NCBI GenBank assembly: GCA_016219925.1
Contig: JACRJU010000013.1
Coordinates: forward strand, 102,566 to 166,565
Source of the DNA: Candidatus Uhrbacteria bacterium
GTDB taxonomy: Bacteria > Patescibacteriota > Patescibacteriia > UBA9934 > GWF2-40-263
Reading direction: 5' to 3'
DNA: 64,000 nt
Numbering within the stretch: position 1 is the first letter of the stretch; each line of letters begins with the position of its first letter. Of the stretch, positions 50,294 to 60,263 are shown piece by piece. The translations under genes were made by a program, and so were the position numbers. Below the pieces are notes generated by a model, which saw only the letters and a list, made by a program, of their open reading frames with translations, did not search any database and was not told where the DNA came from.

Positions 50294-51190
50294 TCAATGA
50301 GGTGAAAGATAAAGTTTTTCACATCGCTTGCAGATGAATTTTTCTTGGATCAATTTATTGATGAGCGAAGTGATCCAAAGATGGTCTGCCGCACCATAAG
50401 TGGCGTCAACTAATGGACCGATGTTTTGATGAACGATACCTTTTGAATGTTCACGGATCACGCGCAGAATGCGTCCGCGGTAAATGCGATCGGGAAAGCG
50501 TTTTCCGGGATGGATATGTTCATGTGCGCGAGGCGTCAAGCGTTGAGGTTTGCCCACGCGTCCAGAGAGAAATTTCGCGGCGGCTTTGCACTGCGTGCGC
50601 AGGGGACAGCGCGCGCACGCGGGTTGTTTTGTGCACACCAGACTCGCTAAATCGAAAAGCGCTTGAGGGACGTCGTAGAATGCCTCGCGCTTGGGCAGAA
50701 CCTGATCGAAATATTTTTGTAGACGCGTGTCAACATTTTGAGAAGGGAAAGGTATGCCGAGAAATAGGCGAGCGAGAACACGACGGATGTTGGTGTCGAG
50801 GGGCATGAGGCGTTCGTGTGCGCTAAAGGTTCGAATAGCCGCCGCGGTATAAGGGCCGATGCCCTTGAGCGCGCGCCACGCTTGCAAAGAATCTGGAACG
50901 CCGCGAGCGACGATCTGTCGCGCGATCTCGCGCAACATCAGAGGTCGTCGATTATATCCAAGACCGGCCCATGCGTGCAGGAGAGCTGGGGTTTTCGCGC
51001 GCGCGAGTTTTTCAAAGGTTGGAAATGCACGCATCCATTTATCATAAAACAACAGGACGCGATCGACCTGCGTTTGTTGGAGCATGATTTCGCTGATGAG
51101 AATGCGGTAGGGATCGCACGTTTGGCGCCACGGAAGATTCCGTCCATGTTTCCGATACCAGCGTAAGAGGTTTTGAGAAACGGTCTGCAC
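50294..51190 (-). CDS. A/G-specific adenine DNA glycosylase-like (MutY/HhH-GPD family with 4Fe-4S loop); no NUDIX-like C-terminal domain recognised
   Basis: The N-terminus QTVSQNLLRWYRKHGRNLPWRQ aligns with MutY. The HhH-GPD motif (LKGIGPYTAAAI) and the C-x6-C-x2-C-x5-C cluster CTKQPACARCPLRTQC are present. GTG start at 51190. Confidence 0.7.
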   Translation of the reverse strand: MQTVSQNLLRWYRKHGRNLPWRQTCDPYRILISEIMLQQTQVDRVLLFYDKWMRAFPTFEKLARAKTPALLHAWAGLGYNRRPLMLREIARQIVARGVPDSLQAWRALKGIGPYTAAAIRTFSAHERLMPLDTNIRRVLARLFLGIPFPSQNVDTRLQKYFDQVLPKREAFYDVPQALFDLASLVCTKQPACARCPLRTQCKAAAKFLSGRVGKPQRLTPRAHEHIHPGKRFPDRIYRGRILRVIREHSKGIVHQNIGPLVDATYGAADHLWITSLINKLIQEKFICKRCEKLYLSPH

Positions 51191-51537
51191 AGGATCTTTA
51201 TTTTAACCTCTTGACAGCCTCTTGCAAGGCCGTTCTAGGGTAGGTATCATAGTTCCACTAAATCATAACGTATTTGCGTATACGTATGTTGCTTCCATAC
51301 AGTTTCGTCATGGACGATGAAGACTGGGGATCTGACGACGACGAGGACAAAGAGGGTATGGGTTCCGACGTCGAAGAGAGTGATGACGCTGATGACGATG
51401 GTGACGACGCCGATGGTGGGGAAGAGTGGTAGATATAAAACAGACCTTTCATAGGTCTGTTTTTCTATTGACGAAAGGAGGTATTTCATGTACGATAGCG
51501 ACGCCGCAACGGGATAAGGCTAAAGACTTTTGGAGGA

Positions 51538-52290
51538 ATGATGAAATTCGTGCGGATCAGGTGGTTCGTCAAGACGTGGCTCATGAACCGACGGTTCAAG
51601 TCACTCGATGGCCTTTCCAGGCGCGTCGCGCGCTGGCTCACCGACCACTGGACGGCCAACCAGATCACGCTTCTGGGTGTCGCGCTGTGTGTGCCCATGA
51701 CGGCGTTGTTCTGGGCAGACCTGTACTTTCCCGCTTCCGTTCTGCTGACGTTGAGCCTGCTCACCGACTTCGCCGACGGGGCCCTCGCGCATTACCAGCA
51801 AGGTCTGCGCCCGCCCATGTCGCTCGAAGAAGAGCGACGCCTTACGCTCAAACAGCGCATCGACTACCGCGGGGTCACGCATCTGGGCAAAGCCTTCGAC
51901 CCCGTTGTCGACAAGGTTCGGTTCTTCTGCGTCGTCTACGCGCTCGGCTGGGGCATCGTCAACACCGGCCTCGTTATCGCCCTTACGGTCGTGGCGGTGA
52001 CCCTCACGGTCATCCGGCCGATCAAGCGTTGGATGAAGATGGGCGATGCCAGGTCCAACCGCTTTGGCAAGTTCAAGATCTGGGCGGAGATCGCGGCGCT
52101 CGCGCTTCTGATCATCCATCCGACCAGTACAGTGCTTCTTCACCTCACCTTCGCTGTGGCTCTGGCGTTCGGATGCTTCTCGCTTCTGGGACACCTGCTT
52201 GCCGCCTACGTGGCCCTGCGCACGCGTCGCGCCTCGCGCCGCCGTTCGCGCGCTTCTCGCCGTGTACAGCCCGCGACGGTCGACTCCTGA
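51538..52290 (+). CDS. CDP-alcohol phosphatidyltransferase family protein
   Basis: D..DG..AR...G.....D...D pattern (DFADGALAHYQQG...GKAFDPVVDK) within 5-6 TM helices. GGAGG lies 4 nt before the ATG. About 64% GC. Confidence 0.65.
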   Translation: MMKFVRIRWFVKTWLMNRRFKSLDGLSRRVARWLTDHWTANQITLLGVALCVPMTALFWADLYFPASVLLTLSLLTDFADGALAHYQQGLRPPMSLEEERRLTLKQRIDYRGVTHLGKAFDPVVDKVRFFCVVYALGWGIVNTGLVIALTVVAVTLTVIRPIKRWMKMGDARSNRFGKFKIWAEIAALALLIIHPTSTVLLHLTFAVALAFGCFSLLGHLLAAYVALRTRRASRRRSRASRRVQPATVDS

Positions 52291-52317
52291 CTCCTCCCAG
52301 GGGTCTTTTTTTGACTC

Positions 52318-52346
52318 TTGTCAGAGGGGAGAAGGGTTGTTATAAT
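52318..52346 (+). promoter_or_regulatory. sigma70 promoter TTGTCA-17-TATAAT driving tRNA-Asn
   Basis: TTGTCA 52318-52323, TATAAT 52341-52346. The tRNA begins about 80 nt downstream, after two small leader hairpins. Confidence 0.5.
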
Positions 52347-52427
52347 CCTGGCGGTCCCCTGTCATTGCGAAGGAGGTTCAAGCGATTGAAGCCATTTCCG
52401 CACTGTGGAAATCGTCAGACAATTTAT

Positions 52428-52502
52428 TCCGGGGTAGCTCAGCGGCAGAGCGGCTCGCTGTTAACGAGATGGTCGTGGGTTCGATCCCCACCCCCGGAGC
52501 CA
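52428..52502 (+). tRNA. tRNA-Asn (anticodon GTT), CCA encoded
   Basis: TCCGGGGTAGCTCAGCGGCAGAGCGGCTCGCTGTTAACGAGATGGTCGTGGGTTCGATCCCCACCCCCGGAGCCA. The anticodon loop is CTGTTAA and the T-loop TTCGATC. Lies inside a spurious long ORF (51426..52715). Confidence 0.85.
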
Positions 52503-52582
52503 AGCAGGTCGGTCAGTCGAAAGACTGGTCGTTTTGTTTTGTATGGTAAACTTATTCTCAAAATGTCTATAGACAAACTGAT

Positions 52583-52978
52583 ATGCCTCCAGATCTTCAA
52601 CTCCATCATTGCGCCAAGCAGATTACACGAGGCCGTTTGGATTTCGTGCTTCGTCTGTTTGAGCACCTCGGCTGTCAAATTTTTTATCGCGAAGAGGGCG
52701 CGACCTGGGCGATGATCGGACAGGCCGGTTTACGCTTCAGCATTCAGTTTATTGAATGCGACCGAACGCCGATTCCCATTGAACTCAAACGAGAAAATCA
52801 TGTCGCCTTTATTTCATCAGATCCGCAACAAGAGATGGCGAGGATTGAGCAGTGGATTAAAGCTGAAGGCAAAACGATTGTTACGGGTTCATGGTCAACA
52901 AAGGAACACTATTTCGATTGCCCCGACGTATTCGTTGATTTTGTGGTTGAAATTATGCATCGATCCATTGTCGAATAG
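52583..52978 (+). CDS. hypothetical protein, possibly VOC (glyoxalase/bleomycin-resistance-like) fold
   Basis: 131 aa with an alternating beta/alpha pattern and conserved His/Glu positions (HHCAK, HVAF, E..H). Weak assignment. Confidence 0.35.
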   Translation: MPPDLQLHHCAKQITRGRLDFVLRLFEHLGCQIFYREEGATWAMIGQAGLRFSIQFIECDRTPIPIELKRENHVAFISSDPQQEMARIEQWIKAEGKTIVTGSWSTKEHYFDCPDVFVDFVVEIMHRSIVE

Positions 52979-52986
52979 CAGACTTT

Positions 52987-53859
52987 ATGAACCGAAAATT
53001 CCTTTCCCTTTTTGTCGTCATTGTCGTTTTGTTTATTTTTTGGGTTGTCTACGCTCTTTATTCAACCACAGAGAAATCCAACACATCTCTCAGCGGATGG
53101 TTTATAGGGAATCAGATTTGGAGTGGACATATTTTTGTGACTGGTGATGTTGAAATTTTGGGGCGCCTTACTGTTTTGCCTGGGACAAAGGTGACCTTTT
53201 CTGTCGGTGATGATCGTCAGCGAGGGGATGAGGTGCCGGCTGACGGTTTTAATGATAAAGATCCCACACGACTGAAGTCGTACTCGACAACTCACTCGAG
53301 TCTTTTTGTGTTGAGAGAATTTATGGCCATCGGTACTCAAAACCAACCGATTTTGTTTACTTCAGTTGCAGAACAACCTCAAGTGGCGGATTGGGAGGCT
53401 ATCATTTTTCAGGGTGATGGGAGCATTGTGGATCACACCATTGTTGAATATACTCGCAACGGACTGAATCCTATCGGTAAACAACCGCACAGTATTATTC
53501 AAAACACGATATCGCGACATGCATTTTGGGGAGCGATATCTTCGGCACATTCAAATATAAAGATAGTGAACAATATTTTGTCTGATGCTGGACATGAAGG
53601 GATTGATCTCAAGTTCGACGGCGACCAAGAAATTACTGGCAACAAGATTGATGATTGTCATACAGGTATCGCGTCTATCTCCGGCTTCCAGCTCATCAAA
53701 AATAACACCATTAAAAACTGCGGCGATGGTGTCTACATCAGTCCACAATCAAAAGCCATCTCCGTTGACAACACGTTTACGTCCGCCCCTGCAGAAAGTC
53801 GCCGCGTTTGGCGATACGGGGATTATGAAATTCCAATTTTTGGCGATCCTGAAATTTAA
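52987..53859 (+). CDS. membrane-anchored right-handed parallel beta-helix repeat protein
   Basis: N-terminal TM helix, then repeated G.D/N-containing turns (NNILSDAGHEGIDL, GNKIDDCHTGIA, NNTIKNCGDGVYI) typical of pectate-lyase-like beta-helices. Confidence 0.5.
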   Translation: MNRKFLSLFVVIVVLFIFWVVYALYSTTEKSNTSLSGWFIGNQIWSGHIFVTGDVEILGRLTVLPGTKVTFSVGDDRQRGDEVPADGFNDKDPTRLKSYSTTHSSLFVLREFMAIGTQNQPILFTSVAEQPQVADWEAIIFQGDGSIVDHTIVEYTRNGLNPIGKQPHSIIQNTISRHAFWGAISSAHSNIKIVNNILSDAGHEGIDLKFDGDQEITGNKIDDCHTGIASISGFQLIKNNTIKNCGDGVYISPQSKAISVDNTFTSAPAESRRVWRYGDYEIPIFGDPEI

Positions 53860-53894
53860 AAAAATCCAGAGCCGGAAGCTCTGGGGAAGAAGGC

Positions 53895-54781
53895 CTACCA
53901 CTCGGAGGCGACGACGTGATCGAGGAACGTGCCGAGTTGCGGGGCGCGTGCTTGGGCCGCCGCGGTGATCTCCGCATGGCTGGGCAGATCGTGGTCGTCG
54001 GTGACGATGAAGGCCGCGAAGACCTGCATGGCGCCTCTCGCGTTGTCCATGTTCTCGAGCGCGATGAGTCGAAGTTCGGGATCGAGCGACATCCCGACCG
54101 TGTCGACCCCCACGACTTCCAGAGGCGGCGTTCGAAAGCTCCTCCGAAGCCGGGACCGGGAATCATGATGTGTACACCTCTGTCCAGCGCATTCAATCCG
54201 GCGCGCGCGGCGGCCTCGGTAAAGGTGCTTCGGATCAGAGGGCGGTCGACCCCGGACTCTTTGTGAAAGAGCCAGAGGAGGTGTTCGGACATGACGAATT
54301 CTGCTTCGGCGCCGTTCAGATACGGCATGGGCAGATGCGCACTGACGAGCGTCGTCGGTTGAACGACCGTTCCCGTTTTTGCCGTGGCCGAGATGCCTCC
54401 GACGGAGCTGGTGATGACGATTCGTGTGCCAGCGCCCTTGAGCGCGAGCAGGACCGACATCCATCTGCGAATTAGCGATTCCATTCCAGCCCGTTCTTGG
54501 TACAGATGCACCCGCCCTTGGCTGATCACAACCTTGCGGTCGTGCCAAGTTCCGAGAAGGAACTTGTTGGGGTGGCCAGCGCCGTTTCCGGCGGCGATGC
54601 CGACTTGTTGGAAGGTCAGCTCTTGTTCTGGCACGAAACCTCTGTCGACCAAAACAGCTGGATCCGACCAGCCCGTTCCCAGAACGAGAGCGAGTCGATC
54701 TGGGGTCGATGCTGGGTCCAGACCCGCATCACGCAGAATGCGTTGTCCGGACTTCATGAGTCGTCCCACGAGAGCCTCCAT
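53895..54781 (-). pseudogene. purine nucleoside phosphorylase (PNP/MTAP family) disrupted by a frameshift near 54130
   Basis: The N-terminal two-thirds (MEALVGRLMKS...LVLGTGW...SQGRVHLYQE...GPGFGGAFE) sit in one frame (ORF 53777..54889). The conserved C-terminal third (TPPLEVVGVDTVGMSLDPELRLIA...FIVTDDHD) sits in another frame (ORF 53895..54548). The two frames meet at about 54125-54140. Could alternatively be a sequencing error. Confidence 0.55.
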
Positions 54782-54848
54782 ACACGGCAAGAGCGTGCTG
54801 GCTGATCTTATCAAGGAAAACAACAAAGTCAATTGAGGTCTAGTCACA

Positions 54849-54877
54849 TTGACAAAAAACCCTCTTTCGCGTATACT
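54849..54877 (+). promoter_or_regulatory. consensus sigma70 promoter TTGACA-17-TATACT for csp, followed by an about 85-nt 5' UTR
   Basis: TTGACA 54849-54854, TATACT 54872-54877. A long 5' UTR is typical of cold-shock genes. Confidence 0.55.
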
Positions 54878-54963
54878 CATGGCACGCAAAACGACTCAAC
54901 GTGGAGATCCAACAAATTTCCCACAAGAGGCGAAATTTGTGGATAATTCACCTAACGCAACCT

Positions 54964-55161
54964 ATGAACGGTACAATCAAGCGATTGACGGACAAGGGGT
55001 TCGGCTTCATCGCCCAGGACGGCGCAGAGAAAGACTTGTTTTTTCACTCGTCCGCTCTCGTCGGTGCAAGCTTCGACGAACTCCGTGAAGGCGATGCGGT
55101 GACGTTTGACACCGAAGACTCTGACAAGGGTCCTCGTGCCACCAACGTCAAGCGCGCCTAA
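54964..55161 (+). CDS. cold-shock protein (CspA family)
   Basis: MNGTIKRLTDKGFGFIAQDGAEKDLFFHSSAL carries the RNP1 (KGFGFI) and RNP2 (FFHSSAL) motifs. Confidence 0.85.
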   Translation: MNGTIKRLTDKGFGFIAQDGAEKDLFFHSSALVGASFDELREGDAVTFDTEDSDKGPRATNVKRA

Positions 55162-55175
55162 GAGTCATCAAAAAT

Positions 55176-55202
55176 CCCCTCGGGATAATCCGAGGGGTTT
55201 TT
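55176..55202 (+). terminator. rho-independent terminator after csp
   Basis: cccctcgg-gataat-ccgagggg, an 8-bp GC stem followed by TTTTT. Confidence 0.65.
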
Positions 55203-55244
55203 GTTTCCGTTGGCGTTGTTTTCTGCTAAAGTACGCTCATTGCT

Positions 55245-57734
55245 ATGATATCTCCATTTGCGGAAACGGCCGTGGCTTCTTCGTCGGAAGTCGCAAAAAA
55301 ATTTGAAACAGACATCCAAAACGGTTTGACCTCCGCGCAAGCAACAACGCGGTTGTTGACGTATGGAAGAAACACGCTAGCTGGATCAGAACCTTCCACG
55401 TGGGATCTGATCGTGCGACAGTTTCGATCAGTGTTTGTGTGGCTTTTGATTTTTGCGGCCGCGCTTTCTTTTATCCTTCATCAACGATTGGACGGCACGC
55501 TCATTGTCGTTTTTGTGCTTCTCAATGTTTTTCTCACTTTTTTTCAGGAATATAAATACCAGCACATTTTAGCAACGCTCAAAAAATATTTCGTCGCGCA
55601 TTCCCGTGTCATTCGCGATGGCAAACAGGAAGAGATCATGAGCCCACAACTCGTTCTCGGAGACGTTGTCGTATTGGAGCCCGGAGACCTCGTGCCCGCA
55701 GATGTGCGGTTGTTTGAAGCGGTTGATTTTACTTTGGACGAATCGGTGCTTACCGGAGAATCACAGGCCGTAGAAAAATCGGCCGATGATTTAAGCACGC
55801 CTCCACAAAATCTTTTCGCCGCGCAAAATATCGCCTTTGCGGCCACGCATGTGGTGAGCGGCACGGGGCGTGGGATTGTGATTGCAACAGCTTCTCATAC
55901 GCAGGCTGGATCGGCGGCCAAGCTCGCCACCCAAACCAAACGCGTCAGCAATTTTGAACAGGTGATGGATCAATTTAGTGTGTTCATGTTGCGCCTGGTG
56001 ATCGGAACGCTTCTGGTTTTGTTCGTTCTGCACTATGTGATCAAAGGGCCAACGGTTCAGATCGGTGAGCTTCTGATCTTTTTTATCGCGCTTGCGGTTT
56101 CGGTTGTCCCCGAGGCGCTTCCGGTTGTTTTCACCTTTGCCCTTTCAAACGGCGCCGCGCATCTTGCGCGCCACAAAGTCGTTGTCAAACGCCTCACCAG
56201 CATAGAGGATTTGGGCAACATAGATATTTTGTGTACGGATAAAACCGGCACGATCACGCAAGGCGAAATGGTGCTGGTGGAAGTGAGCGATGGAGATGGA
56301 CACACGCTTCAAATCGCGCGCGTGGGCATCCCGGAATCTGACGCGCGAGAAAATCCGTTTGATAAAGCGATTGCGAAAGCCGAAGGGTCGATGTCTGCGC
56401 AGATCGTTGAAGTTGTGGACCGTATCGGCTTTGATCCAACGCAACGATTTGATCTCACCCTTGTAAAAAACCCCAAGCCGATGTTGATCATGCGTGGGGC
56501 ACCGGAGTCCGTTGCGGAACATTGTGCGATGAGCGTGGAGCAAAAAGCGCAGATGACGAAATGGATTGAACAAGAAGGTCGAAAAGGTCGCCGCGTTTTG
56601 GCTGTGGCACAGCGTTTCTTTGAGACGATTCCCGATAACTGGTCACAGCCTGACGGGTTGTTGTTTCTTGGGATGCTTTCATTTGAGGATCCGCTTAAGC
56701 CAACCTCTCTGGCCGCGGTAAAAAAAGCTCAAGCTCTTGGCTTGAGTATTAAGGTATTAACGGGCGATCGACCGGAAGTGGCCGGAGCGATCGCTACGCA
56801 AGTCGGGCTGATTAAGGATCCGGATGAAGTGATGACGGGAGAACAACTTTTTGCTTTGCCGGCCGATCAACAGCTGAATGCGGCTCGTCGGTGTCACGTC
56901 TTTGCGCGCGTCACCCCCGAGGATAAGCTCGAGATTATTCGATTATTAAAGGAGCATGCGCGGGTTGGATTTTTGGGGGAGGGGATCAATGACGCTCCAG
57001 CTTTGAAAGAAGCCCATGTGGGCATTGTCGTCGAGTCTGCTTCTGATGTGGCGCGCGAATCCGCGGACATCGTTCTGCTTCAACAAAGTTTGATGGTGAT
57101 TTTGGAGGGCGTTGAGCGCGGGCGCATCGTTTCAGCGAACACCCTCAAATACATCAAGACGACGTTGGCATCCAATTTCGGTAACTTTTATTCTGTGGCC
57201 ATCGCTTCGCTTTTTATTCCGTATCTGCCCATGCTTCCGATTCAGATCCTGCTCGTCAATCTGCTCTCGGATTTCCCCATGATTGCCATTTCAACCGATA
57301 CCGTCGAGGCGTCTGCGCTTTCAAAACCCAGAGGCATGGATCTGCGCGAGATGGGATTTGTCACCACCTTTTTTGGGGTGATCAGTTCCGTGTTCGATTT
57401 CATTTTATTTGGGGCGTTCTTTCGCACGAGCGCGGCGCTTCTGCAAACGGCCTGGTTTATTGAAAGCATTTTGACCGAACTGTTTGCGATTCTTTCTCTG
57501 CGTACCCATAAATGGTTTTTTCTCACACGCCCGCCAGCTCGCTTACTCTCTTCCCTCATTATCGGTGCAACGATTGTGACTCTCGCACTTCCGTTGTGGA
57601 GCGTTACGCGCGGACTGTTTTCCTTCGCCGCGATTTCTCGTCCACAACTGTTGAGCGTCATTGGCATCATTGCGGCGTATTTTGTCGCGATGGAAATCTC
57701 AAAAAAATTATTCTACCGGTATGTCCATGATTGA
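55245..57734 (+). CDS. cation-transporting P-type ATPase (P-type IIA/IIIB-like, Ca2+/Mg2+ type)
   Basis: DKTGTIT phosphorylation site, TGES, PEALP in TM4, GEGINDAPALK hinge, and a 10-TM topology. Confidence 0.85.
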   Translation: MISPFAETAVASSSEVAKKFETDIQNGLTSAQATTRLLTYGRNTLAGSEPSTWDLIVRQFRSVFVWLLIFAAALSFILHQRLDGTLIVVFVLLNVFLTFFQEYKYQHILATLKKYFVAHSRVIRDGKQEEIMSPQLVLGDVVVLEPGDLVPADVRLFEAVDFTLDESVLTGESQAVEKSADDLSTPPQNLFAAQNIAFAATHVVSGTGRGIVIATASHTQAGSAAKLATQTKRVSNFEQVMDQFSVFMLRLVIGTLLVLFVLHYVIKGPTVQIGELLIFFIALAVSVVPEALPVVFTFALSNGAAHLARHKVVVKRLTSIEDLGNIDILCTDKTGTITQGEMVLVEVSDGDGHTLQIARVGIPESDARENPFDKAIAKAEGSMSAQIVEVVDRIGFDPTQRFDLTLVKNPKPMLIMRGAPESVAEHCAMSVEQKAQMTKWIEQEGRKGRRVLAVAQRFFETIPDNWSQPDGLLFLGMLSFEDPLKPTSLAAVKKAQALGLSIKVLTGDRPEVAGAIATQVGLIKDPDEVMTGEQLFALPADQQLNAARRCHVFARVTPEDKLEIIRLLKEHARVGFLGEGINDAPALKEAHVGIVVESASDVARESADIVLLQQSLMVILEGVERGRIVSANTLKYIKTTLASNFGNFYSVAIASLFIPYLPMLPIQILLVNLLSDFPMIAISTDTVEASALSKPRGMDLREMGFVTTFFGVISSVFDFILFGAFFRTSAALLQTAWFIESILTELFAILSLRTHKWFFLTRPPARLLSSLIIGATIVTLALPLWSVTRGLFSFAAISRPQLLSVIGIIAAYFVAMEISKKLFYRYVHD

Positions 57735-58695
57735 GGTGAAAAATCTTTCCAAACGATTTGGTGATCTCGAAGCGGTCAAAGGCATTTTTTTTGAAGTGGC
57801 ACAAGGAGAGATTTTCGGATTTCTTGGACCCAACGGAGCAGGAAAATCCACCAGTATCAGCATGCTTGCAACGATTCTCTCACCCACGAGCGGGGACGCC
57901 TTCGTGAATGGTCAAAGTGTTTTACACAACCGTAACGGAGTGCGTGCGTCTATCGGACTAGTTTTTCAAGATCCGTCGCTTGATGATCGCCTCACAGCCA
58001 TGGAAAATTTACGTTTTCATGCCCAGCTCTATGGCGTTCCCAAATCAGAATTCAAAAAACGCGCGCAAGAAGTTCTTGAACTTGTTGATCTTTCCGACCG
58101 CGCGCAAGACCTCATTCGTACCTTTTCGGGCGGCATGAAGCGACGCTTAGAAATCGCCCGTGGCCTCATTCATTACCCGCGCGTCTTGTTTCTTGATGAA
58201 CCGACCATTGGCCTTGATCCCCAAACACGGTCTCATCTTTGGGAGTATATTTTACGGCTTAAGCGAGAAAAAGGGATGACGATTTTTATGACGACGCATT
58301 ATATGAACGAAGCGGAATACTGCGACCGCATCGCCATCATCGATCAGGGAACAATTGTGGCGCTTGATACTCCGGCGGCTCTTAAGAAACGTCTCGGAGG
58401 AGATGTGGTGAGGATGCAGAGCTTGAATAAAGAGGCATTGGTTGCCGAATTGAAACGACGTTATGGCACAGAGGTGCATGTGGACGGGGAAAGCGTTCTC
58501 ATAGAAGTGGAAAACGGAGAATCGTTTTTACCAAAACTGTTTCAAGATTTGCAGACGACCATTCGTTCGATTGAACTGCGCAAACCAACGCTTGACGATG
58601 TTTTTTTGGCGTTGACCGGTCGTGCGATTCGTGCGGAAGAGGCGTCAAGCAAAGATCAATTTCGCCAGCACGCTCGCATGCGTGGCTTGCGCTAA
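57721..58695 (+). CDS. ABC transporter ATP-binding protein (ABC-2/DrrA-like exporter)
   Basis: Walker A GPNGAGKST, signature LSGGMKRRLEIAR, Walker B VLFLDEPT. Overlaps the P-type ATPase stop by 14 nt. Confidence 0.8.
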   Translation: MSMIEVKNLSKRFGDLEAVKGIFFEVAQGEIFGFLGPNGAGKSTSISMLATILSPTSGDAFVNGQSVLHNRNGVRASIGLVFQDPSLDDRLTAMENLRFHAQLYGVPKSEFKKRAQEVLELVDLSDRAQDLIRTFSGGMKRRLEIARGLIHYPRVLFLDEPTIGLDPQTRSHLWEYILRLKREKGMTIFMTTHYMNEAEYCDRIAIIDQGTIVALDTPAALKKRLGGDVVRMQSLNKEALVAELKRRYGTEVHVDGESVLIEVENGESFLPKLFQDLQTTIRSIELRKPTLDDVFLALTGRAIRAEEASSKDQFRQHARMRGLR

Positions 58696-58705
58696 AACTT
58701 TTGTT

Positions 58706-59491
58706 ATGTCCATCTTCCTTCAGACCATATTGACCATTTGGCATCGCGAGCTGATTCGCTATGTTCGCGATCGTACACGCATTTTAACGACATTCATTCA
58801 GCCGCTCATGTTTTTGGCGATTTTTGGGGTGGGACTTCAGTCGGCTTTTGCCACTCAGAACAGTGGGTTTGATTTTGTCCAGTTTATGTTTCCCGGCATC
58901 ATCGCCATGAATGTGATGGGCGTAGCCTTTTTTTCAACCGTCTCAACGGTTTGGGATCGTGAATTTGGATTTTTGAAAGAGATTCTCGTCGCGCCCGTGC
59001 CGCGCAGTGCGATCGCTCTCGGCAAAACGCTCGGGGCGACATCGATCGCTTCCATCCAAGCCTTGATCTTGCTCGCGCTCGCGCCGTTCCTTCATCTGAA
59101 AATTTTTTTTTTTCAACTTCCCGCGCTTCTCGGCGTCATGCTTTTGTTGGCGTTTGCTATTTCCGGATTGGGCTTACTTATTTCGTCGCGCATGAGAACG
59201 ACCGAAAGCTTTGGGTTGCTTATGCAGGTGTTGGTTTTTCCGATGTTCTTTCTGTCCGGTGCTTTTTTCCCTCTGACCTCCGTTCCGAGCTGGATGTCCG
59301 TGCTTGCTCACATCAATCCGCTCACCTATGGCGTGGATGGGATGAGGCAAATTTTGCTTCGTCCGACCTTAGACGCGGCCGTTCTTTCGCGCATTGAACT
59401 CTACACGCTTTCTACGGACGTTCTTTTCCTCGTTGGATTTTCTGTGGGGATGGTTTCCCTTGCCGTGTGGGCGTTTGATAAAAAATCTTAG
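58706..59491 (+). CDS. ABC-2 family transporter permease
   Basis: 6 TM helices with the typical ABC-2 permease layout, following the ATPase. Confidence 0.7.
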   Translation: MSIFLQTILTIWHRELIRYVRDRTRILTTFIQPLMFLAIFGVGLQSAFATQNSGFDFVQFMFPGIIAMNVMGVAFFSTVSTVWDREFGFLKEILVAPVPRSAIALGKTLGATSIASIQALILLALAPFLHLKIFFFQLPALLGVMLLLAFAISGLGLLISSRMRTTESFGLLMQVLVFPMFFLSGAFFPLTSVPSWMSVLAHINPLTYGVDGMRQILLRPTLDAAVLSRIELYTLSTDVLFLVGFSVGMVSLAVWAFDKKS

Positions 59492-59498
59492 TCGAAGT

Positions 59499-60263
59499 AT
59501 GTTATCGCGCGTTGCAAAAAAAAATTTGAAACGGGATAAAAATGTTTTAGGGAAAAAATGGCTGAAAACCTACGGTCAGTATTTTTCAGATCCAAAAAAT
59601 ATTCATGATTTTGTTCATGCCGTTACGCCGCGCTTGCCAAATCGCCCACTCAACATCTTGTATGTTGCTTCCGCTTCTGGATTGCTCGGCGAGGCTTTGC
59701 TCAAACACTTGGGTCGCGGCCGACTGACCCTTGTAGATATTTCTCAAGAACATCTTGAACAAAATATCAATCTTCAAACAAAAAAGATCCGGAACGATCT
59801 TCTCAAACTTCATTTGACTGAACGATTTGATCTGATCATCATGCGCAGTTCGCTTGATTATTTTCCCTCACGCAAGATGCAAGTCAAAGTGCTTGGGATT
59901 ATTAAGCGGCATCTCAAAAAAGGGGGACTCTTTATCAACCAACCCGCCTACATCACGGATCTCAATGAGCGTGATGCGATCAGTGCATTATATTGTCAGA
60001 TCAGAAAGATCGGAGATCGATTTTTTCAATCAAGCGACCTTGCGGATATTTATGCCCAGGCGGGTTTTAAGCAGTTAGAACGCATTGGGACAAGTCGGAA
60101 ATTGATCGTGACAGAGGCGGATCACAAAAAACGTTACGACCTTACCGCGGCCGACATTCATAAAGGTCAGGCGATTCTCAACGGAATTTCAGGTCTGTCG
60201 CACGCGACGCCGAACGGGTATCGTCTGGTGTTTGAGTTCCCAGTTTTTCTTTCAAGAGGGTGA
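59499..60263 (+). CDS. class I SAM-dependent methyltransferase
   Basis: Rossmann-like motif I region (ILYVASASGLLGEAL) and D/E acidic motif II (TLVDIS). Weak family assignment. Confidence 0.5.
   Translation: MLSRVAKKNLKRDKNVLGKKWLKTYGQYFSDPKNIHDFVHAVTPRLPNRPLNILYVASASGLLGEALLKHLGRGRLTLVDISQEHLEQNINLQTKKIRNDLLKLHLTERFDLIIMRSSLDYFPSRKMQVKVLGIIKRHLKKGGLFINQPAYITDLNERDAISALYCQIRKIGDRFFQSSDLADIYAQAGFKQLERIGTSRKLIVTEADHKKRYDLTAADIHKGQAILNGISGLSHATPNGYRLVFEFPVFLSRG

Noticed and set aside
51426-52715. 429-aa ORF on the plus strand
   Set aside because: Arg/Pro-rich junk that reads through the CDP-alcohol phosphatidyltransferase gene in another frame and straight across tRNA-Asn. Spurious.
59394-59498. 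N-terminal extension of the methyltransferase ORF (MNSTRFLRTFFSS...)
   Set aside because: Overlaps the ABC-2 permease 3' end in another frame. The ATG at 59499, which follows the permease stop, is the likely start.
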